A stretch of DNA of 64,000 nucleotides, taken from contig OZ243913.1 of NCBI GenBank assembly GCA_965213705.1, positions 64,001 to 128,000 on the forward strand. The letters are read 5' to 3'. Numbering within the stretch: the first letter of the stretch is position 1; each line of letters opens with the position of its first letter. This stretch comes from Trueperaceae bacterium. Lineage in GTDB: Bacteria > Deinococcota > Deinococci > Deinococcales > Trueperaceae. The position numbers and the translations under genes are program-made. Below, piece after piece: positions 19,619 through 31,016 of this stretch. A model generated the notes under the pieces. The model was not told the DNA's origin. It saw only the letters and a list, made by a program, of their open reading frames with translations, and ran no database searches.

Positions 19619-20413
19619 CTAAGACCCCTCCGGCTTCACCAACCCCCGCGGCGTCAGCGCAACTTCCAAGCGGCTCAAGGCAAAGTCCACCACCAGCGCC
19701 AACAGCGCGACCGGCAACGCGCCCTCCAAAACAAGCGCCAAGTTCCGCACCGCCAACCCGGCGATAATCGGCACGCCCAAACCGCCCGCCCCGATAATCG
19801 GCGCGACCGTCGCCGTGCCGATGGTGTAGACGACGCTGATGCGCACGCCTGCCAAAATGACGCGGGTGGCTAGGGGCAGCTCGAGCTTGCGCAACATTGT
19901 CCACGGCCCCATGCCCATGCCTCGAGCCGCTTCTTTCAGGGTGGCGGGGACGGCCTCGAGCCCAGCAATCGTGTTGCGCGTGACCGGCAGCAACCCGTAA
20001 GCCACGAGCGCGATGAGGGTCGGTTGTAAGCCGAAGCCGAAAAAAGGCAGCGCCAGCGCCAGCACCGCAATCGGCGGAAAGGTCTGTCCGACTGAAAGAA
20101 GGTTCGAGGCCAGCGGCAAAAACGCCCGCCCGCTTGGGCGGGTGAGCCACACGCCCAAAGGCAGGCCGATAGCGAGGATAATCCCGACCGAGACGCCCAC
20201 GATGACGAGGTGTTGCAGGGTCAGGGCGAACAGGGTGGCGCGCTCGAACATGACGGTGCGCTGCTCGGGGAACAGCGCGCGCAGAAACGTCGCCCACAAA
20301 GTTTGTTGAGACAACAGGAACAGCAACGCGGCAAACAGTAAAACGGCGAGCCCAAAGCCGAGCCAGGGGTTTCTCGGTGGGCGCGCCGTCGTTTTTTGCG
20401 CTGTGGCCGTCAC
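19619..20413 (-). CDS. Osmoprotectant ABC transporter permease (YehW/OpuBB-like)
   Basis: QTFPPIAVLAL, EAARGMGM, IGAGGLG. Confidence 0.9.
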   Translation of the reverse strand: MTATAQKTTARPPRNPWLGFGLAVLLFAALLFLLSQQTLWATFLRALFPEQRTVMFERATLFALTLQHLVIVGVSVGIILAIGLPLGVWLTRPSGRAFLPLASNLLSVGQTFPPIAVLALALPFFGFGLQPTLIALVAYGLLPVTRNTIAGLEAVPATLKEAARGMGMGPWTMLRKLELPLATRVILAGVRISVVYTIGTATVAPIIGAGGLGVPIIAGLAVRNLALVLEGALPVALLALVVDFALSRLEVALTPRGLVKPEGS

Positions 20414-21519
20414 AATTCCGTCCCACTGTCCTGGGTCTCCGCGGTGAGCGACACGACCTTGACGAGGTCCAAACAGCCGAGCAAATCGCCCTGGTTTGAC
20501 ACCACCGGCAGCGACACCACGCCTTGCGAGAGCATCCGGGAGAGGGCGTCGCGGGCGTCGTCGTCGTCGGTGACGGCGTAACTCGCTACGTCGATGTGGG
20601 TATAGGCCTGCTCGACGTTGCGTTCGTAGCGGAACGCCTTGCGGTCGAGCCAGCCGAGGAGTTTGCCGTTTTGGGTGATGTAGACGGTCGGGTGCTGTTT
20701 GAGGGCGGCGGCGGCTTCCTCAGCGCTCGAGTCCACGCTCAACATCGGAATCTCGCCCATCAGTTCGCGTACCGGGATGCGGCTGAGGCGCTTCAGCGCG
20801 CGGTCCGAGCCGACGAACTGCCGGACGAACCGCGTTTTGGGCTCGCTCAGGATGGTTTCGGGTGTGTCGTACTGCTCGACCCGCCCGGCGTTCATCACGC
20901 AGATTTTGTCGCCCAGTTTGATAGCCTCGTCGATGTCGTGCGTGACCATCACAATCGTTTTTTTGAGTTGCCGCTGCAAGCGCAAAAACTCGTCTTGCAG
21001 GCGTTCGCGCGTGAGCGGGTCGACCGCGCCGAAGGGCTCGTCCATCAGCAGCACGGGCGGGTCGACCGCGAGCGCCCGCGCCACCCCGACGCGCTGCTGC
21101 TGCCCGCCCGAGAGTTCGCGCGGGTAGCTGTCGCGGTAGCGGTCGGGCTCGAGCCCGATGAGTTCCAACAGCTCGTCCGCTCGAGCCGCGCTTTTCGCTT
21201 TCGGCCAACCCAACAAGTCCGGCACCACCTGGATATTTTGCTTCACCGTCATGTGCGGAAACAGGCCGATGCTCTGGATGACGTAGCCGATGCCGCGCCG
21301 CAACGTCTGCGGGTCGAGCGTCGTGGTGTCGTCCCCACCGATGTAAACCTTGCCCGCACTCGGCTCGATAAGGCGGTTGACCATCTTCAGTGTCGTGGTT
21401 TTGCCACAGCCCGACGGGCCGATGAGGACGACTAAGTCGCCTTCGTCCACCGTCAAACTGATGTCTTTGACCGCGTAAACTTCGCCGTAGGTTTTGCTTA
21501 GACCCTCGAGCTGTATCAC
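20410..21519 (-). CDS. Osmoprotectant ABC transporter ATP-binding protein with CBS domains (YehX/OpuCA-like)
   Basis: GPSGCGKTT, LSGGQQQRVGVARAL, LLMDEPFGAVDP. Confidence 0.93.
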   Translation of the reverse strand: MIQLEGLSKTYGEVYAVKDISLTVDEGDLVVLIGPSGCGKTTTLKMVNRLIEPSAGKVYIGGDDTTTLDPQTLRRGIGYVIQSIGLFPHMTVKQNIQVVPDLLGWPKAKSAARADELLELIGLEPDRYRDSYPRELSGGQQQRVGVARALAVDPPVLLMDEPFGAVDPLTRERLQDEFLRLQRQLKKTIVMVTHDIDEAIKLGDKICVMNAGRVEQYDTPETILSEPKTRFVRQFVGSDRALKRLSRIPVRELMGEIPMLSVDSSAEEAAAALKQHPTVYITQNGKLLGWLDRKAFRYERNVEQAYTHIDVASYAVTDDDDARDALSRMLSQGVVSLPVVSNQGDLLGCLDLVKVVSLTAETQDSGTEL

Positions 21520-21520
21520 C

Positions 21521-22951
21521 CTAACCTCGCAAGCCGCGCGGCGTGAGGAGAACGCCCGCCAGGCGTAACAGGCCGTCGACCAGCAGCGCCAACAAGATAA
21601 TCGGAATCGCGCCGAGGAGAATGAGGTCCGGCACGACCTGGTCGATGCCGCGTTGGATAAAGGTGCCGAGCCCGCCCGCGCCGATAAGGTAGGCGACCGT
21701 CGTGATGCCGATGGTCAAGACCGCAGAGGCGCGCAAGCCTTCGACGATTAACGGCAGCGCCAGCGGCAGCTCGACCCGCCGCAGGATTTGCCCCGTACTC
21801 ATGCCCATGCCGCGGCCCGCTTCGACGGCGGCGCGCGGCACCTCTTTGATGCCCGTGTAGGCGTTGCGGACAACCGGCAGCAGCGCGTACAGCGTGAGCG
21901 CGATGAGCGCCGGGGCCGTGCCGATGCCGCGCACACCTAAGCTTGAGAGCGGCGCGCCGAAACCCTGCCACAGGTCCAATTGCCCGAAATCGAGGCTGAA
22001 GAGTGCGACGATAATCTCGTTTAGAACTACCGCGAGAATCACCGTGAGGAGCGAAACCGGGATTAGAGCCAAGACGAGGATGAGGATAGTCACGCCGCCC
22101 CGCACTCGAGCCCCCCACCTCTCCCCCCAGCGCCACAGTACAAAACCGAGGATGAGCGCCGGCAGCCCGCCCAGCACCACCACCAGCGCGGCCCCGCCCA
22201 CCGTCAGCGTTTGCCCCAACCGCGCCAGCGGCCCGAGCATTATTCCGAACAGCGCGAGCGAGGGCAGCGTTTGCAGCAAACTTGCCGTCGGCAGCACGAC
22301 GGACGCGACCTCGTCGCGCCGCGCCGCGAAAATCGCCGCGGGCAGCCCTATCAGGGTTGCGAGCAGCACGCTCGTCCCCGATAACGCGAGGTGCCGCAAC
22401 GTCTCGGCGCGGAAGTCCCCGCCTTGGCTGGCGAGTTCTCGAGCCAGTCCTAACTCGCTCAAGGTGCCGGTCACTACCAAGAAAATCGCGACCAGCAAAC
22501 TTGGCGCGACCATCAGTGTTTTTGTCCAGACGTTGCCGCGCGCCTCGTTCAAGGCCCCAAAGACACACGTGTAGTACGCCAACAGCGTCAGCCACACGCC
22601 GCCGAGAAGGGAGACTCGAGCGCTCCGTGCCGCCTCATGGAGAAGCACCCCTGTTCCTTGAGAAACGGATAAAAGAGCGGCAATGAGTGCCGCCGCCGCA
22701 AAGCCGCTCACCAGCCAAGGCCGGAGAGGTATTTTTGCCAGCGCGACCACGCCGACCAGCAACCAACACGCCACCAACACCCACGTCCACAGCGGCGCCA
22801 AACCGAGCGCCCCGTACGCTTCGCCCTGCACGAGCCGGTTGGCCTTGAACAGCAACCAATCCGGACTGAAAAAAGGCAGTTGCAGCAGCGCCAATCCGCC
22901 CACGACCGCCCCGGCGAGGGCGACCGGGTTGACGCGGGCTCGAGCGTTCAC
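21521..22951 (-). CDS. Osmoprotectant ABC transporter permease (YehY-like)
   Basis: KANRLVQG, QTLPSLALFG, EAGRGMGM, IGAGGLG. Confidence 0.9.
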   Translation of the reverse strand: MNARARVNPVALAGAVVGGLALLQLPFFSPDWLLFKANRLVQGEAYGALGLAPLWTWVLVACWLLVGVVALAKIPLRPWLVSGFAAAALIAALLSVSQGTGVLLHEAARSARVSLLGGVWLTLLAYYTCVFGALNEARGNVWTKTLMVAPSLLVAIFLVVTGTLSELGLARELASQGGDFRAETLRHLALSGTSVLLATLIGLPAAIFAARRDEVASVVLPTASLLQTLPSLALFGIMLGPLARLGQTLTVGGAALVVVLGGLPALILGFVLWRWGERWGARVRGGVTILILVLALIPVSLLTVILAVVLNEIIVALFSLDFGQLDLWQGFGAPLSSLGVRGIGTAPALIALTLYALLPVVRNAYTGIKEVPRAAVEAGRGMGMSTGQILRRVELPLALPLIVEGLRASAVLTIGITTVAYLIGAGGLGTFIQRGIDQVVPDLILLGAIPIILLALLVDGLLRLAGVLLTPRGLRG

Positions 22952-23051
22952 GGGTTTGCGTTTTCTCTCACGACCGTCTCCTCAGCTGGAAAAGGTTTCG
23001 AGTCAGTTTGGCTCGAGCAAGGGCGCGGCAGCGCAGGGAAAAAATGTTTCG

Positions 23052-23082
23052 ACTCGGTACTTTCAACTCGGCACTCGGTACT
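23052..23082. repeat. Heptamer (ACTCGGT)n intergenic repeat
   Basis: actcggtactttcaactcggcactcggtact. Confidence 0.7.
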
Positions 23083-23167
23083 TCCTCCATCCCCCAAACT
23101 CAATCCCAAACTGAAAATGAGGTTGGGCTCAGTGCGCCAACCTCATTTTGTCTCTAGCGAACGTCGC

Positions 23168-24082
23168 TTACTGCAAAAAACCTTGCGTCGTCAAAAAGTC
23201 CCGCGCCACGGCCTCGGGGTTCTCACCGTCGACGGCGACGCGGCCGTTGAGACTGGACAGGGTCGCCTCGTCGAGCGTGGCAAAAACGGGGTCCAGAATG
23301 TCGGCGAGTTCGGGGTACTGTTCAAACACGCTGGTGCGAACCGACGGGGCGGGTTGGTAAATGGCGACCGCGCCCTCGGGGTCGGTCAAGGCGACCAGTC
23401 CGAGCGCGCCAATCGCGCCGTCGGTGCCGTAGGCCATCGCCGCGTTCACGCCGTCGGTGCCCTGCGCCGCGGCGGTTTCGGTTTGCGTGGTGTTGCCGCC
23501 CGCCAAAATCACGAGCTGGTCGTCGGCGACGCTGAAGCCGTAGGTGGCTTCGAACGCCTTGAGCGCGTCTTCGCGGTCGACGAACTCTTGGCTGGCCGCG
23601 AGCTTGAACTCGCCGCCGTCGTTGATGTAACCGGCCAAGTCGGCGATGGTTGCGAGGTTGTTCTCTTGCGCTAAGCTTTCCGGCACGGCGATGGCCCAGG
23701 TGTTGTTCGCGGGTGAGCGACCGAGCCAGGTGACGCTGTTTTGCTCCCCGTCCAAGTTTTTAACCGTGTCGTACAGTTCTTCGGCGTTTGTCGCTACGCC
23801 TTCGGGCAGGTCCTGGTTTTCAAAAAAAGTGAGCGCGGTGCCCGTGTACTCGGGGTACAGGTCGATTTCGCCGGCCAGCAGCGCCTCGCGCACAACCGAG
23901 GTGGTGCCGAAACCCGAACGGTCGTTGACGGTAAAGTCGTTGGCCTCGAGCATCAGCCGAATGACCTGCGCCAACACCGAGCCTTCCGTGTCGATTTTCG
24001 AGCCGACGGTGACCGGTCCCTTTTGGGCGAAGCCGGAGCCTATCAGCAACGCCGCGAGAAGAATGAGCCCTAGTTTGCGCAC
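23168..24082 (-). CDS. Glycine betaine/osmoprotectant ABC substrate-binding protein (YehZ/OsmF-like)
   Basis: VGSKIDTEG, DLYPEYTGT, ANNTWAIAV, AMAYGTDG. Confidence 0.92.
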   Translation of the reverse strand: MRKLGLILLAALLIGSGFAQKGPVTVGSKIDTEGSVLAQVIRLMLEANDFTVNDRSGFGTTSVVREALLAGEIDLYPEYTGTALTFFENQDLPEGVATNAEELYDTVKNLDGEQNSVTWLGRSPANNTWAIAVPESLAQENNLATIADLAGYINDGGEFKLAASQEFVDREDALKAFEATYGFSVADDQLVILAGGNTTQTETAAAQGTDGVNAAMAYGTDGAIGALGLVALTDPEGAVAIYQPAPSVRTSVFEQYPELADILDPVFATLDEATLSSLNGRVAVDGENPEAVARDFLTTQGFLQ

Positions 24083-24228
24083 GATGACCTCCCTTAGGTC
24101 TTTACGTGCCTCAACCTTACCGACTCAACTCCGCCACCCACTGTATAGCCGCTTACCTAAACGTTCAGACGTAAGGTTTGATGAAACGTTCAACCGCAGG
24201 GGTTTCATCGCTGAGTTTTTTTCGGCTT

Positions 24229-24483
24229 TTACGCCGCCCGCATCTGCGGCAGCATCGTTTTGGATGGAGCCAGGCTGACGCCGGCCGGCGCGAACTGGCG
24301 CTTGCAAGCGCGGCACTCGACGTAGTCGGCGACGAGGCCGTTTTTGAAAAGGCGCACGTTCAACAGGGTAAAGTAGGTCGGCACCTGAAAGTAGCGGTAG
24401 CGCCGCTGCCGCTCGCACTGAGGACATGAAAATACGCCTCGCTCGACCTCTTCTAAGCGCGCTTCGGTTGCCCATAAAGTCAT
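24229..24483 (-). CDS. Small zinc-ribbon domain protein
   Basis: CPQC...YFTL...YVECRAC; upstream GAGGAG SD. Confidence 0.7.
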   Translation of the reverse strand: MTLWATEARLEEVERGVFSCPQCERQRRYRYFQVPTYFTLLNVRLFKNGLVADYVECRACKRQFAPAGVSLAPSKTMLPQMRAA

Positions 24484-24700
24484 GCTGTACTCCTCGGTTA
24501 CAGGTTTCGTAACCAGCCCACTCTCTGAACCTCCATCTTAACGGCTGAAGCTCCAAATGGCCGGTCATCCGTCACGCTTCTCTTGACCGACTCTCTTGAC
24601 CGACGCAGCACAGCCGCTTTAGAATACACATGATGTGTAATTTACACAGACGAGACAGAAACAGACAAGACAGACACGAGGCGGGCGGAAACAAGCCCGT

Positions 24701-25714
<1,014 letters not shown>

Positions 25715-25980
25715 CAAAGGAGTCGGGAGGTAAGGAGGTAGGGGAAAGGCAAAAGCTTTTGACTCCCCACTCCCTCCCCCACCCCGTTACTTCCAAAGTG
25801 CCTTACGTCCGCCTGACACGCTTCCCGTAAGGTATACTCAGACCAACCACAGGAGGAAGCGCCGCCGACGACTTCGCTGACAACCCGACCGCCGACTCGT
25901 TTGAAGACCTCGTCGCCAACTTCGACGCGCTCGACCCGTTTATAACCGAGGCGGAACTGCTGGCACTGGAGCCCCTAACC

Positions 25981-26496
25981 AACTTCGGGGCGGCGCGGGT
26001 TCTCATCCTCAACGCGAGTTACGAACCCATGCACGTCTGCAGCGTCAAGCGGGCGGTCGGGCTGCTCATGTTGGACGTCGCCGAGCGCGTCGAAGACAGC
26101 GACAAAGTGCTGCGCTCGCCGAGTCAAGTGTTTGCAGTTCCGAGCGTGGTCAAACTCAAAAAGTACGTCAAGCGCCCGCCGCACCAGAAAGTCGCCTTCA
26201 ACCGTAAAAACGTGTTTCGCCGCGACGACAACACCTGCCAGTACTGCGGGCTCCACTCGACCGACCTGACGCTCGACCACGTGTTGCCACGCTCGCGCGG
26301 CGGCGCGACGAGTTGGGAGAACGTCGTCGCCTGCTGCCGCCGTTGCAACGCCAAAAAGCGCGACCGCACGCCCGAAGAGGCGAACATGCTCCTAAACCGC
26401 AAACCCTACGGGCCGAGGTTCGTCTTCAGTTCGGCGTTCGGAATTTTGCCGAGCATCGACCCGGTGTGGCGCAAGTACCTACCCGAGGGCAGCTAG
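25981..26496 (+). CDS. HNH endonuclease (McrA-like); start uncertain, first ATG is at 26029
   Basis: RDDNTCQYCG...TLDHVLPRSRGG...WENVVACCRRCN; conserved VLILNASYEP lies in frame upstream of ATG 26029. Confidence 0.85.
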   Translation, partial: NFGAARVLILNASYEPMHVCSVKRAVGLLMLDVAERVEDSDKVLRSPSQVFAVPSVVKLKKYVKRPPHQKVAFNRKNVFRRDDNTCQYCGLHSTDLTLDHVLPRSRGGATSWENVVACCRRCNAKKRDRTPEEANMLLNRKPYGPRFVFSSAFGILPSIDPVWRKYLPEGS

Positions 26497-26846
26497 CGCG
26501 CTTCACGCTCGCCGATAAGGCTCGAGAGCACCGTGCTGATGACCGTCAACACGAGCGCCCCCAGTACCGCTCCACCGAAACCGGTAACGTTCAGGGGCGT
26601 CAGCGCCGCCACGATACCCACTGAGAGCGCGTTCACGACGAGCAAAAACAAACCCAGGGTCAAAATCGTCAGGGGCAGCGTCAGAAAAATCATGACGGGC
26701 CGCACCACGGCGTTGACCAGACCCAGGAGGAGGGCGGCAACGAGCACCGCGCCCAGCGTCGGGGTGGTGAAGTACAGACCCACGTTCAGCAAGGTCGTCA
26801 GGTAGAGGGCCAGGGCGTTCAGACCCCAACGCAAAAGTAAACTCAT
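26493..26846 (-). CDS. 4-TM membrane protein, 'phage holin family'/YvlD (DUF360)
   Basis: LLGLVNAVVRPV...LTLPLTILTLGLFLLVVNA; TATACT-N6-ATG start. Confidence 0.88.
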   Translation of the reverse strand: MSLLLRWGLNALALYLTTLLNVGLYFTTPTLGAVLVAALLLGLVNAVVRPVMIFLTLPLTILTLGLFLLVVNALSVGIVAALTPLNVTGFGGAVLGALVLTVISTVLSSLIGEREAR

Positions 26847-27115
26847 GACAAAAGTATATCCAAAGCTTGCGGGGCCGCTCCACCTTCTAAAGACGGACCT
26901 GCGGCAACGACGCCCGAGCTGTGCAAACCGAAAACGGTAGGCGTACGCTCTCGACGGGTCGCCGAGGTCCAAACAACCTTACATCGTGCGAACCTCATCT
27001 TGACCCCGCCTGCTCGGGGTGCGACAATCTTGTCATCAACCACAGGCACGGTGTCGCCGACGTTCTCGAAAAGGTTGAGTGCGGCTGCAGGGCCGCGTCA
27101 TTCAGGAGGTTTGCG

Positions 27116-29203
27116 GTGCACTTGAAACTTTTTACGCTCGCGCTGGTCGTTTTACAGTTTTCATGGGGGACGGCTCAGCAAAGCCCCAACACGTTGATGC
27201 AGGAAAGCTACGGCCTTTACACGCTCGACAACAGCGAGGTCGACGGTGTGGTGCAAGTCCGGGAGTCGCCGAACGGCACGGCCGAACTCGTCCTTACGCT
27301 GAACGGCCTTCTGCCGGGCGACCTGCACGCGGCGGCGCTTTACGAGGGCGACTGCGCGCCCGAGCGACCGTTGGTAGCGGAACTCGAGACCGTCGGCGAC
27401 AGCGTCCCCGAAGACCCCTTCGCCAGCATCACGGCGACCGACTTACCCTACGAGACGGTCGTCACGGGCGACTACTTCGTGATGGTCTACGGCCCGAGTC
27501 TGGACACGCCCGCGCTGGCTTGCGGCGAGGTCGGCGTGGGCGCGAACCGGAGCGACCTCGGACAAACGACGAACCCAGGAGGAAGTCGAATGGGCGACCC
27601 TACCGCCAACTTATCTCAGCCCGAGCAGGTTTTGCTCGAGCGCGCCAAGGCACAGGTCGAGGCGGAAACGGCTCTTGCGGCGACCGACCTGACCCTCGTC
27701 AGCCTCGAGCCGGTCGAGTGGAACGACGCGAGTCTGGGCTGCCCCCAACCCGGCATGATGTACGCCCAGGTCGTCACGCCCGGCTATCAAATTAGGCTAC
27801 GGGGGCCGAATGGGGATTACAACGTCCACACAGGAAGCGCGCCCGACGGGAGCATCGTCTTGTGTGAGCAGGGCCAGACCTCGGCGGTAGGCTCGCCTGT
27901 GACGAGTCCGGTTATGACGCCTTCGCTGACGGGCGTCGTCTGGCAGTGGCGGACCGACAGGCTCGAGGACAGTTCGAACTACACCGTCGAATTTTTAGCG
28001 GACGGCCATATCGCCGTTCAGGCCGACTGCAACCGGGGCCGGGCGAGCTTTGAAACGTTCGGCGAAAACGGGCTGCGCGTCGGCCCGGTCGCCACGACGC
28101 GCGCCGCTTGCCCGCCGGGGACGCTGGAGGGGGCGTTTCTCGAGCAGGTCGTGAGCAGCAGTTCGTACGCGTTCGATGGCGAGAACCTGATGCTCTACCC
28201 CGTCGTCGAGCCGGGTACGATGAATTTCACGCCGGTTTCCACAGATGCGACGAGCCAAGGAACGAGCGAAGAAGAGAGGTCGGGCCGCTTGACGGGGGTC
28301 GTCACTTACCGCGAGCGCGTCGCGCTGCCGCCGGGGAGCGTGGTTCGGGTGACGTTGCAGGACGTGTCTCGAGCCGACGCCCCGGCGGACGTTATCGACA
28401 GCCAAACCGTCACCACTTCGGGCGAGAACGTGCCCATCCCCTTTGAGCTGAGCTACGACCCCGCGCACATCGACCCGCGGAACCGCTACGTGGTCCGGGC
28501 CGAGATTCGGGACGGCGCGGGCGGCCTCCTCTGGACCAGCGACACCGCCCATCCGGTCATCACGGAGGGTGCGCCCGGCGACCCTGTCGAAATCGTCGTC
28601 AAGCGCGTGATGGACCCGACCGGCGGGATGCCGCCCCTCGAGACGGGGCAAACCGTCGAGTTCACCTGCACGCCGCCCGACGAGGCGGCGTTTACTTTTA
28701 GCGTCACAACCGGCCCCGGCGAGGTCGGCCTGGTGTTGCCCGAGCGCTTCGGGGGGCGCAGCCTCGTTTTGCCCCAGGTGCGCGCCGGAGGCGGCGCGCG
28801 CTTCGAGGAGGGCGGCGTCACGTTTTGGAACAAGGGCGACGAGGCGCTTTTGCAGGTCGACGGCCGGACCTTCGAGGGCTGTGTGGTGCGAGCGGCCGGG
28901 GGCGAGGTCGTGTTCCGCGCGACCGGAACCGAGCCGTTCTGGCGGCTCGAGCTGACCAAAGCGGGCGACCTGCGCTTTGAGAACCTTGGCGAGCCGGAGA
29001 TAGTTGCCCCCGCCTCAGCTCCGGAGACCGACGCGGCCACGGGCGTCACGACGTACCGCGCGGTTGGCGCGGCCTACGACCTACGCGTCAGGCTCAACGA
29101 GACGAGCTGTACCGACCTGATGAGCGGCTTTACGTATGAGATGACTGTTACCGTAACGCTCGACGGCGCAACGTATCAGGGCTGCGGGCGACGGCTCGGG
29201 TAA
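27116..29203 (+). CDS. Secreted multidomain protein (CHRD/SOD-like, WxDxSLGCP module, META, YbaY, MliC, COG3650-like)
   Basis: AGGAGG SD then GTG; motifs WNDASLGCP, QADCN/TRAACP, YRERVALPP/DVSRAD, GARF...FWNKGDEA, GTEPFW/CTDLMSG/YQGCG. Confidence 0.8.
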   Translation: MHLKLFTLALVVLQFSWGTAQQSPNTLMQESYGLYTLDNSEVDGVVQVRESPNGTAELVLTLNGLLPGDLHAAALYEGDCAPERPLVAELETVGDSVPEDPFASITATDLPYETVVTGDYFVMVYGPSLDTPALACGEVGVGANRSDLGQTTNPGGSRMGDPTANLSQPEQVLLERAKAQVEAETALAATDLTLVSLEPVEWNDASLGCPQPGMMYAQVVTPGYQIRLRGPNGDYNVHTGSAPDGSIVLCEQGQTSAVGSPVTSPVMTPSLTGVVWQWRTDRLEDSSNYTVEFLADGHIAVQADCNRGRASFETFGENGLRVGPVATTRAACPPGTLEGAFLEQVVSSSSYAFDGENLMLYPVVEPGTMNFTPVSTDATSQGTSEEERSGRLTGVVTYRERVALPPGSVVRVTLQDVSRADAPADVIDSQTVTTSGENVPIPFELSYDPAHIDPRNRYVVRAEIRDGAGGLLWTSDTAHPVITEGAPGDPVEIVVKRVMDPTGGMPPLETGQTVEFTCTPPDEAAFTFSVTTGPGEVGLVLPERFGGRSLVLPQVRAGGGARFEEGGVTFWNKGDEALLQVDGRTFEGCVVRAAGGEVVFRATGTEPFWRLELTKAGDLRFENLGEPEIVAPASAPETDAATGVTTYRAVGAAYDLRVRLNETSCTDLMSGFTYEMTVTVTLDGATYQGCGRRLG

Positions 29204-29247
29204 CGCCGGGCGGGCCCGGCCCAGGGCCTTCGGGTCGGTTGGTCACT

Positions 29248-30903
29248 TCAGGGCTCGTCGGGTTGTTCGATAGGGTAACCCAGCCCGTTCCAGAAACTGC
29301 ACCGCGACGCGTCCAAGGTTTGCACCTCTATAGGAATGTCCAGCTGCAGGTATCGGCCTAAGCGGTTGAAGTTCGGCCACACGGGCTCGTCCTGGCCGAC
29401 GCCGTTGGGGTTGTGAAAGATGCTGGCAAAACGGCCCCAGTAGTTTGCCATCTGTTGCGACAGCCGCTCTTCTTCGGGTGTGAAACTGAGCGTACCCGAG
29501 GCCGAGTGAAACACGAACGCCACCTCGTCGCCGTGACAACTCTCGCTGTCACACCGGGGAATGTCGGGCCAGATGCTTGACGAAGGCACGTGGGTATAGC
29601 GGTATAAGTACAGGGGCGCGTCCGCCCCCTGCGCGACAGTCCGGTTGCTGCACGTAAACAAGTAGTCGGTGCTGATACGGATGACCTGGTCGGTGTTGTC
29701 GCCCGAAGGGTTGCGCGGATAAACCGCCATGATGGGGGCGGCGTTGTCGGCCCCGAGCAGGGTGCGCAAAAACGACGCGTAGCCGAACAGCCCGACGGGT
29801 TTGGCACCCGGCATAGAGAAAAAAACTGTGCCTTCGTCCGCGTTGGTGCCCATCAGCGTGGGTTTTTGCAAACCTTCCTGCTGCGCGACGGTGATGGGCT
29901 GCGCCGTGACAAACTCGCCGTCGATGACGGGTGCCCAGTTCAGAAACGCGGCCAGACCGTAGTCGAGCAGCGCGTAGCTCAAAGACCCGCTCTGTTGCGC
30001 GGCGAGCAACTCGTCGACAGACTTCTCCCGCAAACAGCCCAGTTGGTCGAAGCGGAACTTGCAGCCCACCGCCAAGAGGTACAGCTCTGCCGTAGACTCA
30101 GCTTGCTCCAGGGTCTTGAACGGAATCCCGAACGGGTTGCTCTGCATGATGGCGGCTTCGAACAGAGGTTCGCTTGTCGGCACCGCCAGCAGGTGCAACC
30201 CCACCGACTGCGCTCCGGCGCTCTCGCCCGACAAGGTGACGAGGTTGGGGTTGCCGCCAAAAGCGGCGATGTTGTCCCGCACCCACTGCAGCGCGAGTTG
30301 CTGGTCTTTAAGGCCGTAGTTGCCCGTGCGCCCGGCACGCCCGGCGAACGAGCCCAGGACGCCGACGCGGTAGTTCATGCTCACCACGACGAGGTTTTGG
30401 GTCGCCGCCAAGTAAGCCCCGTCACGCAGCGGGCGGTTGGAACCCTCGTCGCCGGGCTGAGCGCTCGAGCCCTCCACAAAAGCGCCACCGTGGATGTTCA
30501 CCAGCACCGGCAAGGGGCTGCTCGGCTCTCGTAGCGGCCGCCACACGTTCAGCGACAAGCAGTCCTCGCCCTGAACACCCTGCTCGGGCGGTTTGTCCTG
30601 GGGGCAAACGGGGCCGAAGGCGGTCGCCTGCAAGGTGTCCGCCCAAGGCGCTTTGGGGAGAGGCGGCTCGAAGCGGTTGGTGCCCGCCGTAGACTCCGCG
30701 TAGGGAATACCCAGGTAAGCCTCGACCTGCTGGGCTTGGTCGGCTTCGACCCCGACCAGCCGCCCGCAGACCGGCCCGGCCGGGGTGGTGAGGTCGGCGG
30801 TGGTGCAAGCCTCCCGAACGAAGGTAAAAGGCGTGCCCTGAGCGAATCCCCAGGCCGTACCGAACAGCGCCACCAAACAGACCCACCCTAAAAAACGTTT
30901 CAT
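29248..30903 (-). CDS. Secreted type-B carboxylesterase/lipase
   Basis: YLGIPYA, EDCLSLNVW, HGGAF, GESAG, HGDE. Confidence 0.93.
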   Translation of the reverse strand: MKRFLGWVCLVALFGTAWGFAQGTPFTFVREACTTADLTTPAGPVCGRLVGVEADQAQQVEAYLGIPYAESTAGTNRFEPPLPKAPWADTLQATAFGPVCPQDKPPEQGVQGEDCLSLNVWRPLREPSSPLPVLVNIHGGAFVEGSSAQPGDEGSNRPLRDGAYLAATQNLVVVSMNYRVGVLGSFAGRAGRTGNYGLKDQQLALQWVRDNIAAFGGNPNLVTLSGESAGAQSVGLHLLAVPTSEPLFEAAIMQSNPFGIPFKTLEQAESTAELYLLAVGCKFRFDQLGCLREKSVDELLAAQQSGSLSYALLDYGLAAFLNWAPVIDGEFVTAQPITVAQQEGLQKPTLMGTNADEGTVFFSMPGAKPVGLFGYASFLRTLLGADNAAPIMAVYPRNPSGDNTDQVIRISTDYLFTCSNRTVAQGADAPLYLYRYTHVPSSSIWPDIPRCDSESCHGDEVAFVFHSASGTLSFTPEEERLSQQMANYWGRFASIFHNPNGVGQDEPVWPNFNRLGRYLQLDIPIEVQTLDASRCSFWNGLGYPIEQPDEP

Positions 30904-31016
30904 CCACACTCTCCCTCGAGCCTCCTCATCATGTCACTCAACGTTACGACTTCGCTGGGGTACTGGCTCCAGACCCGAACACCGAGCGTGAACCGTTCTC
31001 GGTGACGGTTATAAGT

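Noticed and set aside
25981..26846. Prophage remnant (HNH + 'holin')
   Set aside because: Both families are common chromosomal genes; host-like composition and no phage structural or integrase genes
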